A DNA stretch of 64,000 nt, from assembly GCF_009914755.1 (NCBI RefSeq), contig NC_060928.1. One strand, written 5' to 3'. This document shows positions 13,504 through 24,979 of this stretch, one piece after another. The DNA is from the human T2T-CHM13v2.0 reference genome, Homo sapiens. Both the position numbers and the translations under genes were made by a program. The notes under the pieces are model-generated. The model searched no databases and was not told where the DNA came from. It saw only the letters and a list, made by a program, of their open reading frames with translations. The stretch's first letter is position 1. Every line of letters begins with the position of its first letter.

Positions 13504-13890
13504 TTTTGATAAAATGTTTACCTGCTTTGTGAATTCATTATTGTTCAGATAACCTGTATGGTTTGTTCTTGCTTTAAATCTAAGTCTGTGTCTATTAACA
13601 TTTTATTCTCTATCATTATCATTGTCTCACTTTTGTCATGGTTGGCTATTTGAAAGTACACTTTATAAGTTCTCCTTGTAAGTATTAGTAAAAACATTTT
13701 ACAACAAAGTTAAAAAGCAGGCTACACATCACTCCATATTTTGAATGCTTAATAATATATCGGTATCATTTATCTGACATATTTACATTGAAAATGTGAC
13801 TATTAAACAGTGGTTAAAATCCAACAAACTATCCCTATGACATGTATTTGAATCTTCAGTTTAATAATGATGGTAAGTAAAACGTTTTAT

Positions 13891-14595
13891 TGTTAACCAC
13901 AAATATATACGGAACTTTCAGCAACCTCCATTGTTGCCTCCTCAGAAGAAAGAATGCGACTGAGGGGCATAAGGCAGAAAGAGGGACCAAGGCAAGTTTT
14001 AGAGAAGGAGTGAAAGTTTATTAAAAAGTTTTAGGTCAGGAATGAAAGGAATAATGCATGCTTTAAAGAGGGCCAAGCAGGTGACTTGAGAGATCAAGTA
14101 CACAGTTTGACCTTTTGACTCGGGGTTTTATATATTGGCATGCTTCCAGGTTCTCGACTTACTTCTCCTCTGATTCTTCATTTGGGGTGGGCTATCTGCA
14201 TGCGCAGTGGCCTGCCCGCACTTGGGAGGGGCTGTATGCATGGTGCATTTACCGAAATTGTGCAAATGCTCACTTGAGGAGTTCCCTTACCAGTCAGGTG
14301 ATTTTAGAGGAAGGTCATATACTAGTTAAATTCCACCATTTTGCCTCTTAGTGCACATGCTTGAGCTCTCTCACCAAGCTCCTGGGGTCTTACTGGGAAG
14401 CTGCTGATCAACACTATCAGGGTTTTTTTTCTATTTTTTGAAAGACTACCTTTCCCTGGCACTGGCTGTGACGAATTCTTATTTTAGAGAGACAATTTAA
14501 TAACTGCCTAACCATCACCTGATGGTTACCTGACATTTCTGGTGGGGAGGCTGTCTCCTGTTTTGTTCATGTCTGCCTGAATATGTACTGTAACA
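13891..14595 (-). mobile_element. MER50-type ERV1 solo LTR
   Basis: Reverse complement TGTTACAGTA...CCCCACCAGAAATGTCAGGTAACCATCAGGTGATGG...; exact 4-bp TSD TTAT at 13887-13890 and 14596-14599. Confidence 0.88.
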
Positions 14596-15039
14596 TTATT
14601 ACTGGTAAGTAATATTTAAAAACATATAGATGCAAAAAATTTCGGCTCTAGTATTCCATTCCATTATATACTCATGTGAGAGTGTAAAAGTGTTTACACA
14701 AGAATATTTTGTAATACTTTATTAGTAGAAATTCTATAAATAATGTGCCCAAGCTAAATATATATATTAATATAGAAAACATCCCCTATATACTCATACA
14801 TATATTTATGAAGAAATATGAGTCCAAAATAACGTGGTATGTCTGTATTAACAGGTAAGAAAATATGTTCAAATATGTTCAAGTGTAATAAGACAATAAA
14901 CAAGTTACAATGATGTAAGTATAGTATGTAGTTACTTGTAGTAATTGATACTAACATTAGTTAGTTAACAATAGTTCTACTGAGTAAATAGAAAATACCA
15001 GGAGTAGCTTTCACTGTTTTTTTTTTTCTTTTGCTTTAT

Positions 15040-15255
15040 CAACTTTATTCTCTGACAGATCTGGAGGCCAAATGTAAAATCGAGTTGTTGGTGGAGTTGC
15101 ACTCCCTGTGCAGTCTTTCAGGGAAAACCTGTTCCTTGTTTTTTGCAGCTCCTGGTGGTTGTGAACATTCCTTGCCTGTGGCTGAAACTATTTCTCTGTT
15201 TTGTCTTCACATCATCTTCTCTAGGGTGTCCTTTGTGTCTTTTATAAGGACACTA
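15040..15255 (-). mobile_element. MLT1 (B/C/D-like) LTR fragment
   Basis: tttattctctgacagatctggaggcca...cagctcctggtggttg...tcttttataaggacact. Confidence 0.75.
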
Positions 15256-17234
15256 TATAAATGTCTATAGCAATGACTGCTATGGAAGTTACATAAAAAC
15301 AGACTTGATTTTTTTAATTGCATGAATAACCAAAATAGTTATTTTTAATTTTAATATATTTTTTAAATTAGGACATGGTTATTTTAATTTTAAATCATTA
15401 GTAATACGAGATGTGTAATTAGTTGATATTTAACGGGAAGTGTTAAAATTCTTGAAGATACATTTATTTTGAAAACTGGATAGGATTTTATAATATTCAA
15501 ATAACACACATGATTCACCTGTTCAAATTACAAGCAGAAGGAGGGAAAATACATGGATTCATATATTTGAGGCAAATGTAAATTATGAGCTTCATATATG
15601 CAACGTGTGTATTTCTTCTTTTCCCTAAGAAAGAAGAAATGTACACATTAAGTATATATTTATGGCTACATGGTAAATTAATAGAATGAGAAATGAAGTC
15701 TTGAGGTGAATAACATTTACTTCTATGACTAGATCTTAAACAAATTGAGCAAAGGGTGTAATATACGAAAATCAATGTGTCCCATATATCCCCGTTTGAC
15801 AAAGGATAGTGTAAAAAAGGAGTGTCAGGCCATGGACACTCATTCAAACAGTCCATTTGGGATTCCATGTGTATTGTGGCTTCAAAATTTAAATACTGCA
15901 ACCTTTTTCCAAATGGATACATGGTTTTCAAATGTGTGGCACGTATGTATATGAATGTGTGTCCAGAAATAAAATAATATATATTAGTTCTTACAATAAT
16001 ATGTAAGAATAAATTTCTGCTTTTTGAATTACCTCTTTCAAAGTCATCAAATAACTCCATTCTAATAAACTAGGAATATTAATGAAGCTAAACATTATAA
16101 TTATTCTGTTATATAAATTATAACATTGTTTTTACTTTATCACTATTTCTGTTACTTATCTCTTTTGAAACCATTACAGGCTTTGATTAGGTTTCTAAAA
16201 CATATTTAAACTGTTTTTATACTTACCAGTTTTTTACAAAGACCTCTTTATTGACAATATTTTATTTTTTGCTTGGTTGGATTTTGTTCTTGAGTTCTTA
16301 CTTTTAACCTGGGTTCATGGAAACAATGTTATCTGCATATTTTCGTGCTTCAGAAAATTTAAATACACCTTTGAAGAAAATAAAATTTATTGAATATAAT
16401 TTTTCTTTATGTTTTAGATTTTGATGTATTTTTTGGAGGCAGATAATTGTATGATATAGAAAAAAGAAAATACCGTATTTTTTCCCCTGAATTTGACTTA
16501 TTTTTATCTTTAGAACTTAGAATTATGGTTAGTAGTGAAGGTTCAATGTTAAGCCTAGGATAAAAATCAGTGACAATCTTTCTATATTTCTCGAGACATA
16601 TTTATCAGATTCTACTCAAAATTTGATGACAGCATTCTTTCTGTTTTTAGGGTTTCTTGTTTTTGTTGTTATTTTCTTGCTATTATTTGTTTCTCTTCAA
16701 TTTTTATGTTTGCTCTATAGAAACAGCATGCACATACATTGGAATATTTTTGGGTAATCGAATATATTTTTATGTATGAAATTATGTATAAGTTTTTACA
16801 ATTATTTATTCAACATAATTTCTCATGATGCCATTATTTGTCTCTACTTTTGTTTTTGCTGTGATTCAGAAAGGAGAGTAAATCGACTGCTGTTACATTT
16901 GCATATTTAACTGGATATTTTCTGTGCTCATTGATAGAAAGTGCTATTTTACCACTTATTTTATGTTTTTATAGATTTTTATTTAATAACAGCTGATTTT
17001 TAAATTGAAATAAATTTGGTTTTAATTTTTAAAGCAGTGATTCCAACATTACATATTCTATTGGGAATGATGCACATCTGAACAACCCTTCATCATCTTG
17101 GGGCACAGTCTGAAATCTTAGAAATCAGTTTCACTTTCCTAAGTATAGGATTGGCAAACCCTAAAATCACCACTACTTCTATTGCAATCATTGGGTAGTG
17201 CAGTGAGAATGACTGTAGCTGGAGAATTTCATTA

Positions 17235-17882
17235 AATTGGGTTCTGTCAGGAGACAGAAAACACATCAGTAATTTGAACTGGACATTTTAATATAAAGTT
17301 ATCTTAATTGGTAAAAGAGGGTGGGTTAAAGAGAAACATAAAAAATAAGGAAATAGTAGATATAGGATCAGCCACTGTATACTGGCTGAGGCAGAGGGCA
17401 CAGGAAGAAATGGACTTGGAATAGATTCTTCACATCTCATTGAAAGGGTTGTGACTATGTTCCTGTGGATGGCTGAGAAGCTGAATGAGGTACTGTAAGC
17501 TTTGGACAGCAAGAAGTGTCTCAGCTGGGTGAGACTGTTTGGGAGCAAGGTTTTGATTAAAGTTCCTGGGAAGCGCTGTCTACTGAAGTGTCCATTAATC
17601 TTGCTGACAAACCACCAATGAGTATGTCACTGACACTTGGTGAAGGGTAAGGACCACTACATGTTTTATACCCAGCTGGTTATCACAGGCCATAACAGCA
17701 AGAAGGAAACAGCACGCTGGAGTATAAAGAGAAGACCCTCCCTTCAGCGAAATTTACTGATAAAGATTAGCATTATGTCAGCAGCAAATGAGAAATATTT
17801 AGAGGGTACTGTTTCAGTATTACAATGCAAGCCAAAGAAGGTGAATTTGGAGTTTAGCCTCAACAAACTGATAACTGGCTCA
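17235..17882 (-). mobile_element. ERVL LTR (LTR41-like)
   Basis: Reverse complement starts TGAGCCAGTTATCAGTTTGTTG...CTCCAAATTCACCTTC; the other end reads gtcaggagacagaaaacacatcagtaatttgaac. Confidence 0.6.
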
Positions 17883-17919
17883 GAAAACAAAAATGCTATC
17901 AGGACATGCACATACCTCT

Positions 17920-18281
17920 TGATATGGTTTGGCTATGCTCGCACCCAAACCTCATCTTGAATTATAGCTCTCATAATTCCCACATGTTGTGGGAGGGACC
18001 CAGTGGGAGATAATTGAATCATGGGGGTGGTTTCCACCATACTTTTCATGTGGTAGAGAACAAGTCTCATGAGATCTGATGCTTTAATAAGGGGTTTCCC
18101 CTTTCACTTGGCTCTCATTCGCTCTTACCTGCCACCATTTAAGACACTCCTTTCACCTTCCACCATGACTCTGAGGCCTCTCCAGCCATGTGGAACTGTG
18201 AGTCTATCATACCTCTTTTTCTTGATAAATTACCCAGTCTCAGGTATGTCTTTATCAGCAGCATAAAAACAGACTAATACA
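17920..18281 (+). mobile_element. THE1C/D solo LTR
   Basis: TGATATGGTTTGGCT...AGACTAATACA, 362 bp, exact 5-bp TSD CCTCT at 17915-17919 and 18282-18286. Confidence 0.95.
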
Positions 18282-19418
18282 CCTCTTAAAGTAACAAGGC
18301 TCATAATTGTTATAATCAGGAAGCTTCTCCAGAAACATGGTTTCATCTGGGTCTCGTCTTTGAATCTGAGTTCTTACTTTTATTTAAGTTTTCTTTTCAT
18401 TGACTTATGTTCTATAAGAGTAACAGAGTAGTTCTCCTTCTTCCCTGAACTACAGTCTTCCTCAGGGGGAGCTTGGGAAAAATACAATTGCTGTAGTTCC
18501 ACCATCTTATTCAGCTTTACATAGTGACACTAACAGATACCTATTTCTGTGTGAGTGACAAATAAAAGAGATGTACAGAACAACACTTACATGAGAAATT
18601 AACAATATAGCATATTTTATATTAACATACATTAACCTGAAAAAAATTAAATTATTTATTATTTGCTAGTATTCCTGTAATTTCCCACAGATTAAGGGTT
18701 CTCCTTAGAAAGTTTTTTCAACTTATTACCATTCTATAGTAATGATATTTTTACTCTTCGGTACTTTGAGGATGTTGCTTCATAGTATTTAATATGCATT
18801 GTCTCTGAAAAGAAGTCTTCTGTCATTCTAATATTTTTTTCTTTGTACAGCCAGGTATAATTTCTTTTCTCTGACTCACTTTAAGGTGTGTCTTTCTCAC
18901 TAGTTTTAAGAAATTTTATTATGATACGTTCTGCTACAGTGTTACATTTTTTTGGCAGGGGAGGGACTTGGGCCTGTTATACCTTTTTGGATCTGTGGGT
19001 TTATGAATTTTATTGTATCTTGGTCATTATATCTTGGAAAATTCTTGGCCATTGTATCTTCTTTTTCTGTCTTACTTCCTCTCTCCTTTCCTTAGTAACT
19101 CCATCAGCATATATATTAGGAAGCTTGAGTTATCCCATATCTCACTGTTGTCTTCATTTTTGCATTTATTTTACCCTATTTTATTTTCCATAAATATGTC
19201 CTACTTTTCAATGGCAGAAAATTTTTACTATGTTCAGTTGCAGTTATGTTCTACTTTTACGTCTTCAGTTTCAGTAATCTTTCTGTATGTTGTATAACCT
19301 GCTGTTGATTACATACAGAATATTTTAAATCAAATATATTTTTAATCTCCAGAAGTTCAGTATAGATTTTTCATATATTTTCCATGTCCCACATAATTCC
19401 ATCTTGTTGAACATATGT

Positions 19419-19796
19419 ACAAGTTGACTGAAGTCAAGGGATACTTGACCGGAAGTATGGATACTTGAGACTAGAAGTATTTCAGATTTCAGATTGTTTC
19501 AGATTTTTGGATATTTGCATATATATAACGATGTATGTTGGGAATGGGACCCAAGTCTAAACACAAAATTTATTTCTGTTTCATATACACCTTATACACA
19601 TAGCCTGAAGGTAATTTTATATAATATTTTAAATAATTGTATGCATGAAACAGTTTTAACCAAATGTTGACTAGGACTTGCCAGTTGATGTCAAGTATGA
19701 AATTTTCAATTTGTGACATCATGTTGGTGCTCAAAAAGTTTCAAATTTTTGGGCCTTTCAGATTTTATATTTTTGGATTAGAAATACTTAACCTAA
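19419..19796. mobile_element. Tigger4b (MER46/Zombi) TcMar-Tigger non-autonomous DNA transposon
   Basis: gggacccaagtctaaacac...tcatatacaccttatacacatagcctgaaggtaattttat...gttggtgctcaaaaagtttc; degenerate TIRs caagttga/ttaacct. Confidence 0.85.
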
Positions 19797-20184
19797 CATT
19801 ATATCTTTTTAGCCATACCATCTGTTTAAAAGCCATACCTTCTGAGTCCGCTTATATTGATTTATTTTTTCTTCCCATTGTTGGTCATTTCCTACTTCTT
19901 CACATGTGTAGTAATTTTTTAATTGATGCTGATTAATGTGAAGTCTATCTTTTCTGATGCTGGATATTTTCACATTCCTAGAAATATTCCTAAGCATTTG
20001 GTTCTGCACGACAAAAGCAGCCTTTGTCTAATATCCATTTTTCCTGAGTACTGAGAAAATACATTTGGATTATCCTACCAGATCCCTAATGAATTACATT
20101 CTTTACTTATGCCATTGGGAAAATAATCTATTCTCAGTCAGTGTGAGTTCTGGGATTCTATGCTTCTTTTTTTCTTTTAATTAT

Positions 20185-20373
20185 ATATTTATTTTTATAT
20201 TTTAATTTTTATTTTCAAGACAGATTCTCACTGTGCTGTCCAGGCTGGAGTCCAGTGACTATTCACAGGTGCAATCATAGCAAACTACAGCCCTAAACTT
20301 CTAGGCTCAGTCAATCCTCCCTACTCAGCCTTCTGAATGTTAGGACTACAGGTGCTCTTCACTGTGGCCAGGT
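20185..20373 (-). mobile_element. FAM (fossil Alu monomer)
   Basis: Single monomer keeping the 7SL-derived segment ctattcacagg (20259-20269) that is absent from dimeric Alu arms. Confidence 0.82.
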
Positions 20374-20461
20374 ACTTTTTCCCAACTTTGAGTTCTCTTA
20401 TATGCATGAACTGATGAGTACTCCACTAAAGATTCAAGGGGAATTCTCTGAAGACCTGCAG

Positions 20462-20580
20462 ATTCTCTCTCTTTCTCTCTTTCCCCCTCTTTTTCTCTCT
20501 ATCTCAATTCTCTCTCCCTCCCTGTCTCTCTCTCTGCCCACCCCACTTCTCTTCCTCCTCTTCTTTTTACCTCTCTCCAT
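20462..20580. repeat. CT-rich low-complexity polypyrimidine tract
   Basis: Direct reading: ttctctctctttctctctttccccctctttttctctct... Confidence 0.9.
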
Positions 20581-20929
20581 TAAATTATTCTGTCATTTGA
20601 ATGCCAGATTCCTTGGTCTCCTTAGAATCCAACCTTTATATCCTCTCCTCAGAGAGGCTTCTCACACACATTGGGATTTATCTTCACCGTGCTGTGGACT
20701 AGAGACTCTTTCCATTGAGGAAGTTAGGCAATTTTAAGGCTCAACTCATTTATTCGTTTATTTTATCTCTCTCTATGATAGCTCTCATGTTTAGCTAACA
20801 TTTTTCACATATTTTGCTTATTTTATATTTTAGTTAGATAAAGCCTAGTTCCAATTATTCCATCTTGACCACAAGCAGAAGTCAATTCAATATTTTTTTA
20901 TTATCTCTTTTTACTTTTTATTTGATAAT

Positions 20930-21012
20930 TATTTTTTAAGTTATATTTTAAGTTTAGGATTACAAGTGCAGGTTTGTTACATAGGTATTCTTGTGTCACG
21001 GGGGTTTGTTGT
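20930..21012 (-). mobile_element. Very short old L1PA 3' tail
   Basis: ttttaagtttaggattacaagtgcaggtttgttacataggtattcttgtgtcacgggggtttgttgt. Confidence 0.8.
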
Positions 21013-21061
21013 TTTTGCTTTGCCTAATACACAGAGCTTGTTGAAGAAATATTTCTCCTCT

Positions 21062-21350
21062 GGGCTCACACCTGTAATCTCAGCACTTTGGGAGACTGAG
21101 GAGGGTGGATCACCTGAGGTCAGCAGTTCGAGACCAGACTGTCCAACATGGTGAAGCCTCATCTCTATTAAAAATACAAAAATTAGCTGGGCCTGGTGGC
21201 ACATGCCTGTAATCCCAGCTAATTGGGAGGCTGAGGTGGGAGAATTGCTCGAACTCGGGAAGTGGAGTTTGCTGAGATTGTGCCACTGCACTCCAGCCTG
21301 AGCGACAGAGTGAAATTCTGTATCCAAAAAAAAAAAAAAAAAAAAGAAAG
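21062..21350 (+). mobile_element. AluS (Sx-like), slightly 5'-truncated
   Basis: ggctcacacctgtaatctcagcactttggga...ggatcacctgaggtcag...; poly-A at 21326-21345. Confidence 0.96.
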
Positions 21351-23061
21351 AAAGTAAGAAAAACACAGAAATAAAATAAAAATAAGAAAGTTGGGTATTT
21401 TTTTCAAGCTGAGACAAGATTAAGTGTTGGTGCACATAATAGTTTGACTCTATATTAATAGTATTACAGTTCAGTTCATTCAGTAATTATAATTCATATA
21501 AATGCATATATATTTGATAATTGAAATAATATATTTAGTAAATGCAACTACTAACAAATCTCACCTACTTATACATTAGGCACTTAAAAAAAGAGAAAAG
21601 GAAAAAGGGAGAGCATACATATGAAGCGCATGCTCATATACATATTAAACACCAATATTGTTAAGAATACTAACTTCATATGTAATTAACCAGTTTTTAT
21701 AAAGGATCCAGTATGTAAATCATCAATTTAAAATTATATCACATAGGTAATTCATTATAAGAATTATGATAACATTGGTTTATAAAGTCTGAAATATGGT
21801 AATTCTATGTCACTGTCATTTTTTTAGACTACATATTTTTGTATATCACAAATATTTCAATAAAATGTAATTTCTTCACATTCTAATACCTCATTTATGA
21901 TCAATTGTATTGTATTTTATCCTAGCAATATGAATATATAATTAAAACAATTGAAAAATATCACCGAATTCTCAAATTGTTTTCTCGAATTTTTTTCAAA
22001 TGATTTCCAAGACTACTCATTTGTATTTAAAAATCTACATTTTAGCATGTTTTCATACTTTTCTATCTAAACAAGTTATTGTAATATCTACAGGTTTTAG
22101 TAACATAATATTATCTCCAATGTATTTAGTTATACATTATGTTAAGCATTTTCTCTTTTTACTATTCCATTTATATCTGTTGTGTTTGTTAACTCATACG
22201 ATAAATTTCTCAATTCAATTTCAGATAAAATTATTCATATTTTAATATTTAACAAAAAACATCTTGTTTCACATCAGATAAAATTCTTTGCTCTGCAAAA
22301 GTGCTTTGGAAATGGAATTATTTCATGTGCATTATTTACATGCTGTGACATGTTATAACTAAGTGTTTTTAAAGAAATTAAATAATATAGAATATTAGGC
22401 TACTCTTAGAATAGTGCTCCAATCCAGGATATAAAAGCACATATATTATTAATTTTTAAAGAAAGTTACTTTAAAATAATTTATTATTAAGAACCGCATT
22501 AATGAATTCTCTTAGAAAGAGCTTTATTTTAATCCTTTATGACATTCTGAATAATATTTAAAGTATTAATGATGTTGGCTATGATTTTTAATATGCTGTT
22601 AATATTTTCAGTGTCATATAATAATTACTTAATTTTTATTGTGATCATGTTATATATTAAGTTAATAACTTCAGGTTATAATTTAAATAACATTTTTCAT
22701 TTATATACAACATTGGGCATAATTACCTAATTATAATCTATCGTACACTACAGTAAAGTATAAATATTTACTTTACTTGCAATTATTTTGTCTTAGCTGT
22801 CTCATTAAAATGCTATATCCTATAAATGATCTTTTAATTAAAGGTTAAATTACATTTCACTGGATATACTATTAGTGTAATGAATTCCCAGGCAAACATG
22901 GGCACTTTGTTAGGAGAATAAAATGTACTTATTGTTATGAATGAAATCATCCTCTCTTTTATAAAATACTCTACATGAAAACTTATTCTCTTTTCTTTTC
23001 TGGTAAACACATTTTAATAATGAAATATAGATGCATATAGATGTGTCTATAACATATACGT

Positions 23062-24979
23062 AGAGCTTCTGCAGGGAAATTTTTAAAACCATCAGATCAC
23101 CAGAAAACAAGGGGAAAGACCCACCCCCATGATTCAATTACCTACCACTGGGTCCCTCCCACACACATGGGAAAGGTGGGAGTTACAAGGTGATATTTGG
23201 GTGGGGACACAAAGCCAAACCATGTCATTCTGCCCTGACCCCACCCAAATCTCATGTCTTCACATATCAAATCATGCCTTCCCAGCAGTCCCCCAAATTT
23301 GTAACTCATTTCAACATTAACTCAAAAGTCTAAAGTCCAATGTCTCATCCAAGACAAGGCAAGTCCCTTTTGCCTATAAGCCTGTAAAATCAAAAAATGA
23401 AAACCAGTTAATTATTTCCTAGATACAATGGGGGTACAGACATTGGGTAAATACAGCCATTCCAAATGGGAGAAATTTGCCAGAACAAGGGGCTACAGGG
23501 CCCATGCAAGTCCAAAATCCAGCGGGACAGTCAAATCTTAAAGATCCAACATGATGTCCTTTGACTCCATGTCTCACATCCAGGTCATGCTGATGCAAGA
23601 GGTCCATTCCCATGGTCTTGGGCAACTCTGTCCCTGTGGCTTTGCAAGGTACAGCCTCCCTCGCAGCTGCTTTCACAGGCTGACATTGAGTGTCTGTAGC
23701 TTTTCCACGTGCACAGTGCAAGTTATCAGTGGATCTACAGTTCTGGGGTCTAGAGGATGGTGGCCCTCTTCTCACAGCCCCAATAGGTGGTGCCCCAGTA
23801 GGAACTCTGTGTGGGGACTCCAACCCCAAATTTCTCTTCTGCATTGCCCTAGCAGAGGTTCTTCATGAGGGTTCTACTTCTACAGAAAACTTCTGCCTGG
23901 GCATCCGAGCATTTCTGTACATCTTATGAAATCTAGGCAGAGGTTCCCAAACCTCAATTCTTGGCTTCTTTGTACCCGCTGGCTCAGCATCATGTGGAAG
24001 CTGCCAAGGCTTGGGGCTTTCATCCTCTGAGGCAACAGCCTGAGCTGTACCTTAGTCTCTTTTAGTCATGGCTGGAGTGGCTGGGACTCAGGGCATTAAG
24101 TACCTAGACAGCACACAGCAGAAGGACCCTGGGCCTGGCCCACAAAAACATTTTTAGCTTCTAAAATTCTGGGCCTGTGATCGGGGAGGCTGCCGCTAAG
24201 TTCTCTGACATGCCCTGGAGACATTTTCCCCATTGTCCTGGTGATTAACATTTGGCTCCTTGTTACATATGCAAATTTCTGCTGCCAGCTTGATGTTCTC
24301 TTCAGAAAATGAGATTTTCTTTTCTATTGTATTGTCAGGGGCTCTGTTTCCCTTTTAAAATGGAATGCTGCCTTAATAGCACCGAAGTCACCTCTTGAAT
24401 GCTTTACTGCTTAGAAATTTCTTCTGCCAGATACCCTAAATCATCTCTCTCAAGTTCAAAGTTTCACAGATCTCTAGAAAAGGGGCCAAATGCCACCAGT
24501 CTCTTTGCTAAAACATAACAAGAGTCACCTTTGCTCCAGTTCCCAATAAGTTCTTCATGTCCATCTGAGAGCACCTCAGGCTGGACTTTATTGTCCATAT
24601 CACTATCAGCTTTTTGGGCAAAGCCATTCAACAAGTCTCTAGGAATTTCCAAACTTTCCCAAATTTTCCTCTCTTCTTCTGAGCCCTCCAAACTGTTCCA
24701 ACCCCTGACTGTTACCCAGTTCCAAAGTCACTTCCACATTTTCGGGCATCTTTTCAGCAGTGCCCTACTCCACTGGTACCAATTTAATGTATTTGTCTGT
24801 TTTCACGTTGCTGATAAAGACATAACTAAGACAGTGCAATTTATATAAGAAAAAGGACTTACAGTTAATGGACTTACAGTTGCACATGGCTGGGGAGGTC
24901 TCACCATCATAGCAGAAGGCAAGGAGGAGCAAGTAACGTCTTACATAGATGGCATTAGGCAAACAGCTTGTGCAGGGAA
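23062..24979 (-). mobile_element. THE1 (B/C-like) MaLR element: complete internal region flanked by two complementary half-LTRs
   Basis: Half LTR 23062-23227 (ends aaaccatgtca), THE1-int 23228-24787, half LTR 24788-24979 (starts tgtatttgtctgttttcacgttgctgataaagacata); ORFs 23419-23844 and 24464-24691 are MaLR internal ORF remnants. Confidence 0.95.

Larger units (their letters stand above)
18740..20890 (-). mobile_element. Decayed L1M 5'/ORF1 region, interrupted by Tigger4b and FAM
   Basis: T-rich antisense L1M-like tracts (gtctctgaaaagaagtcttctgtcattcta; ggatctgtgggtttat; ccatcttgaccacaagcagaagtc); boundaries approximate. Confidence 0.6.

Noticed and set aside
13871-14612. TGGTAAGTAA on both sides of the MER50 LTR (possible long TSD or paired splice donors)
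   Set aside because: The true TSD is TTAT directly at the LTR ends; the 10-mers are offset and lack convincing upstream acceptors.
20977-21435. 152-aa ORF, and similar ORFs at 27682, 42701, 44662 and 49653
   Set aside because: Translations of antisense Alu sequence (AQAGVQW, GLELLTS), a well-known artefact.
21400-23060. Extremely AT-rich tract considered as a NUMT or foreign insertion
   Set aside because: No mitochondrial gene, tRNA or coding signature seen; composition matches other unique DNA in the window.
23419-23929. Three overlapping ORFs of 79-141 aa in a GC-richer patch
   Set aside because: They lie inside THE1-int; they are decayed MaLR internal ORF plus antisense shadows.
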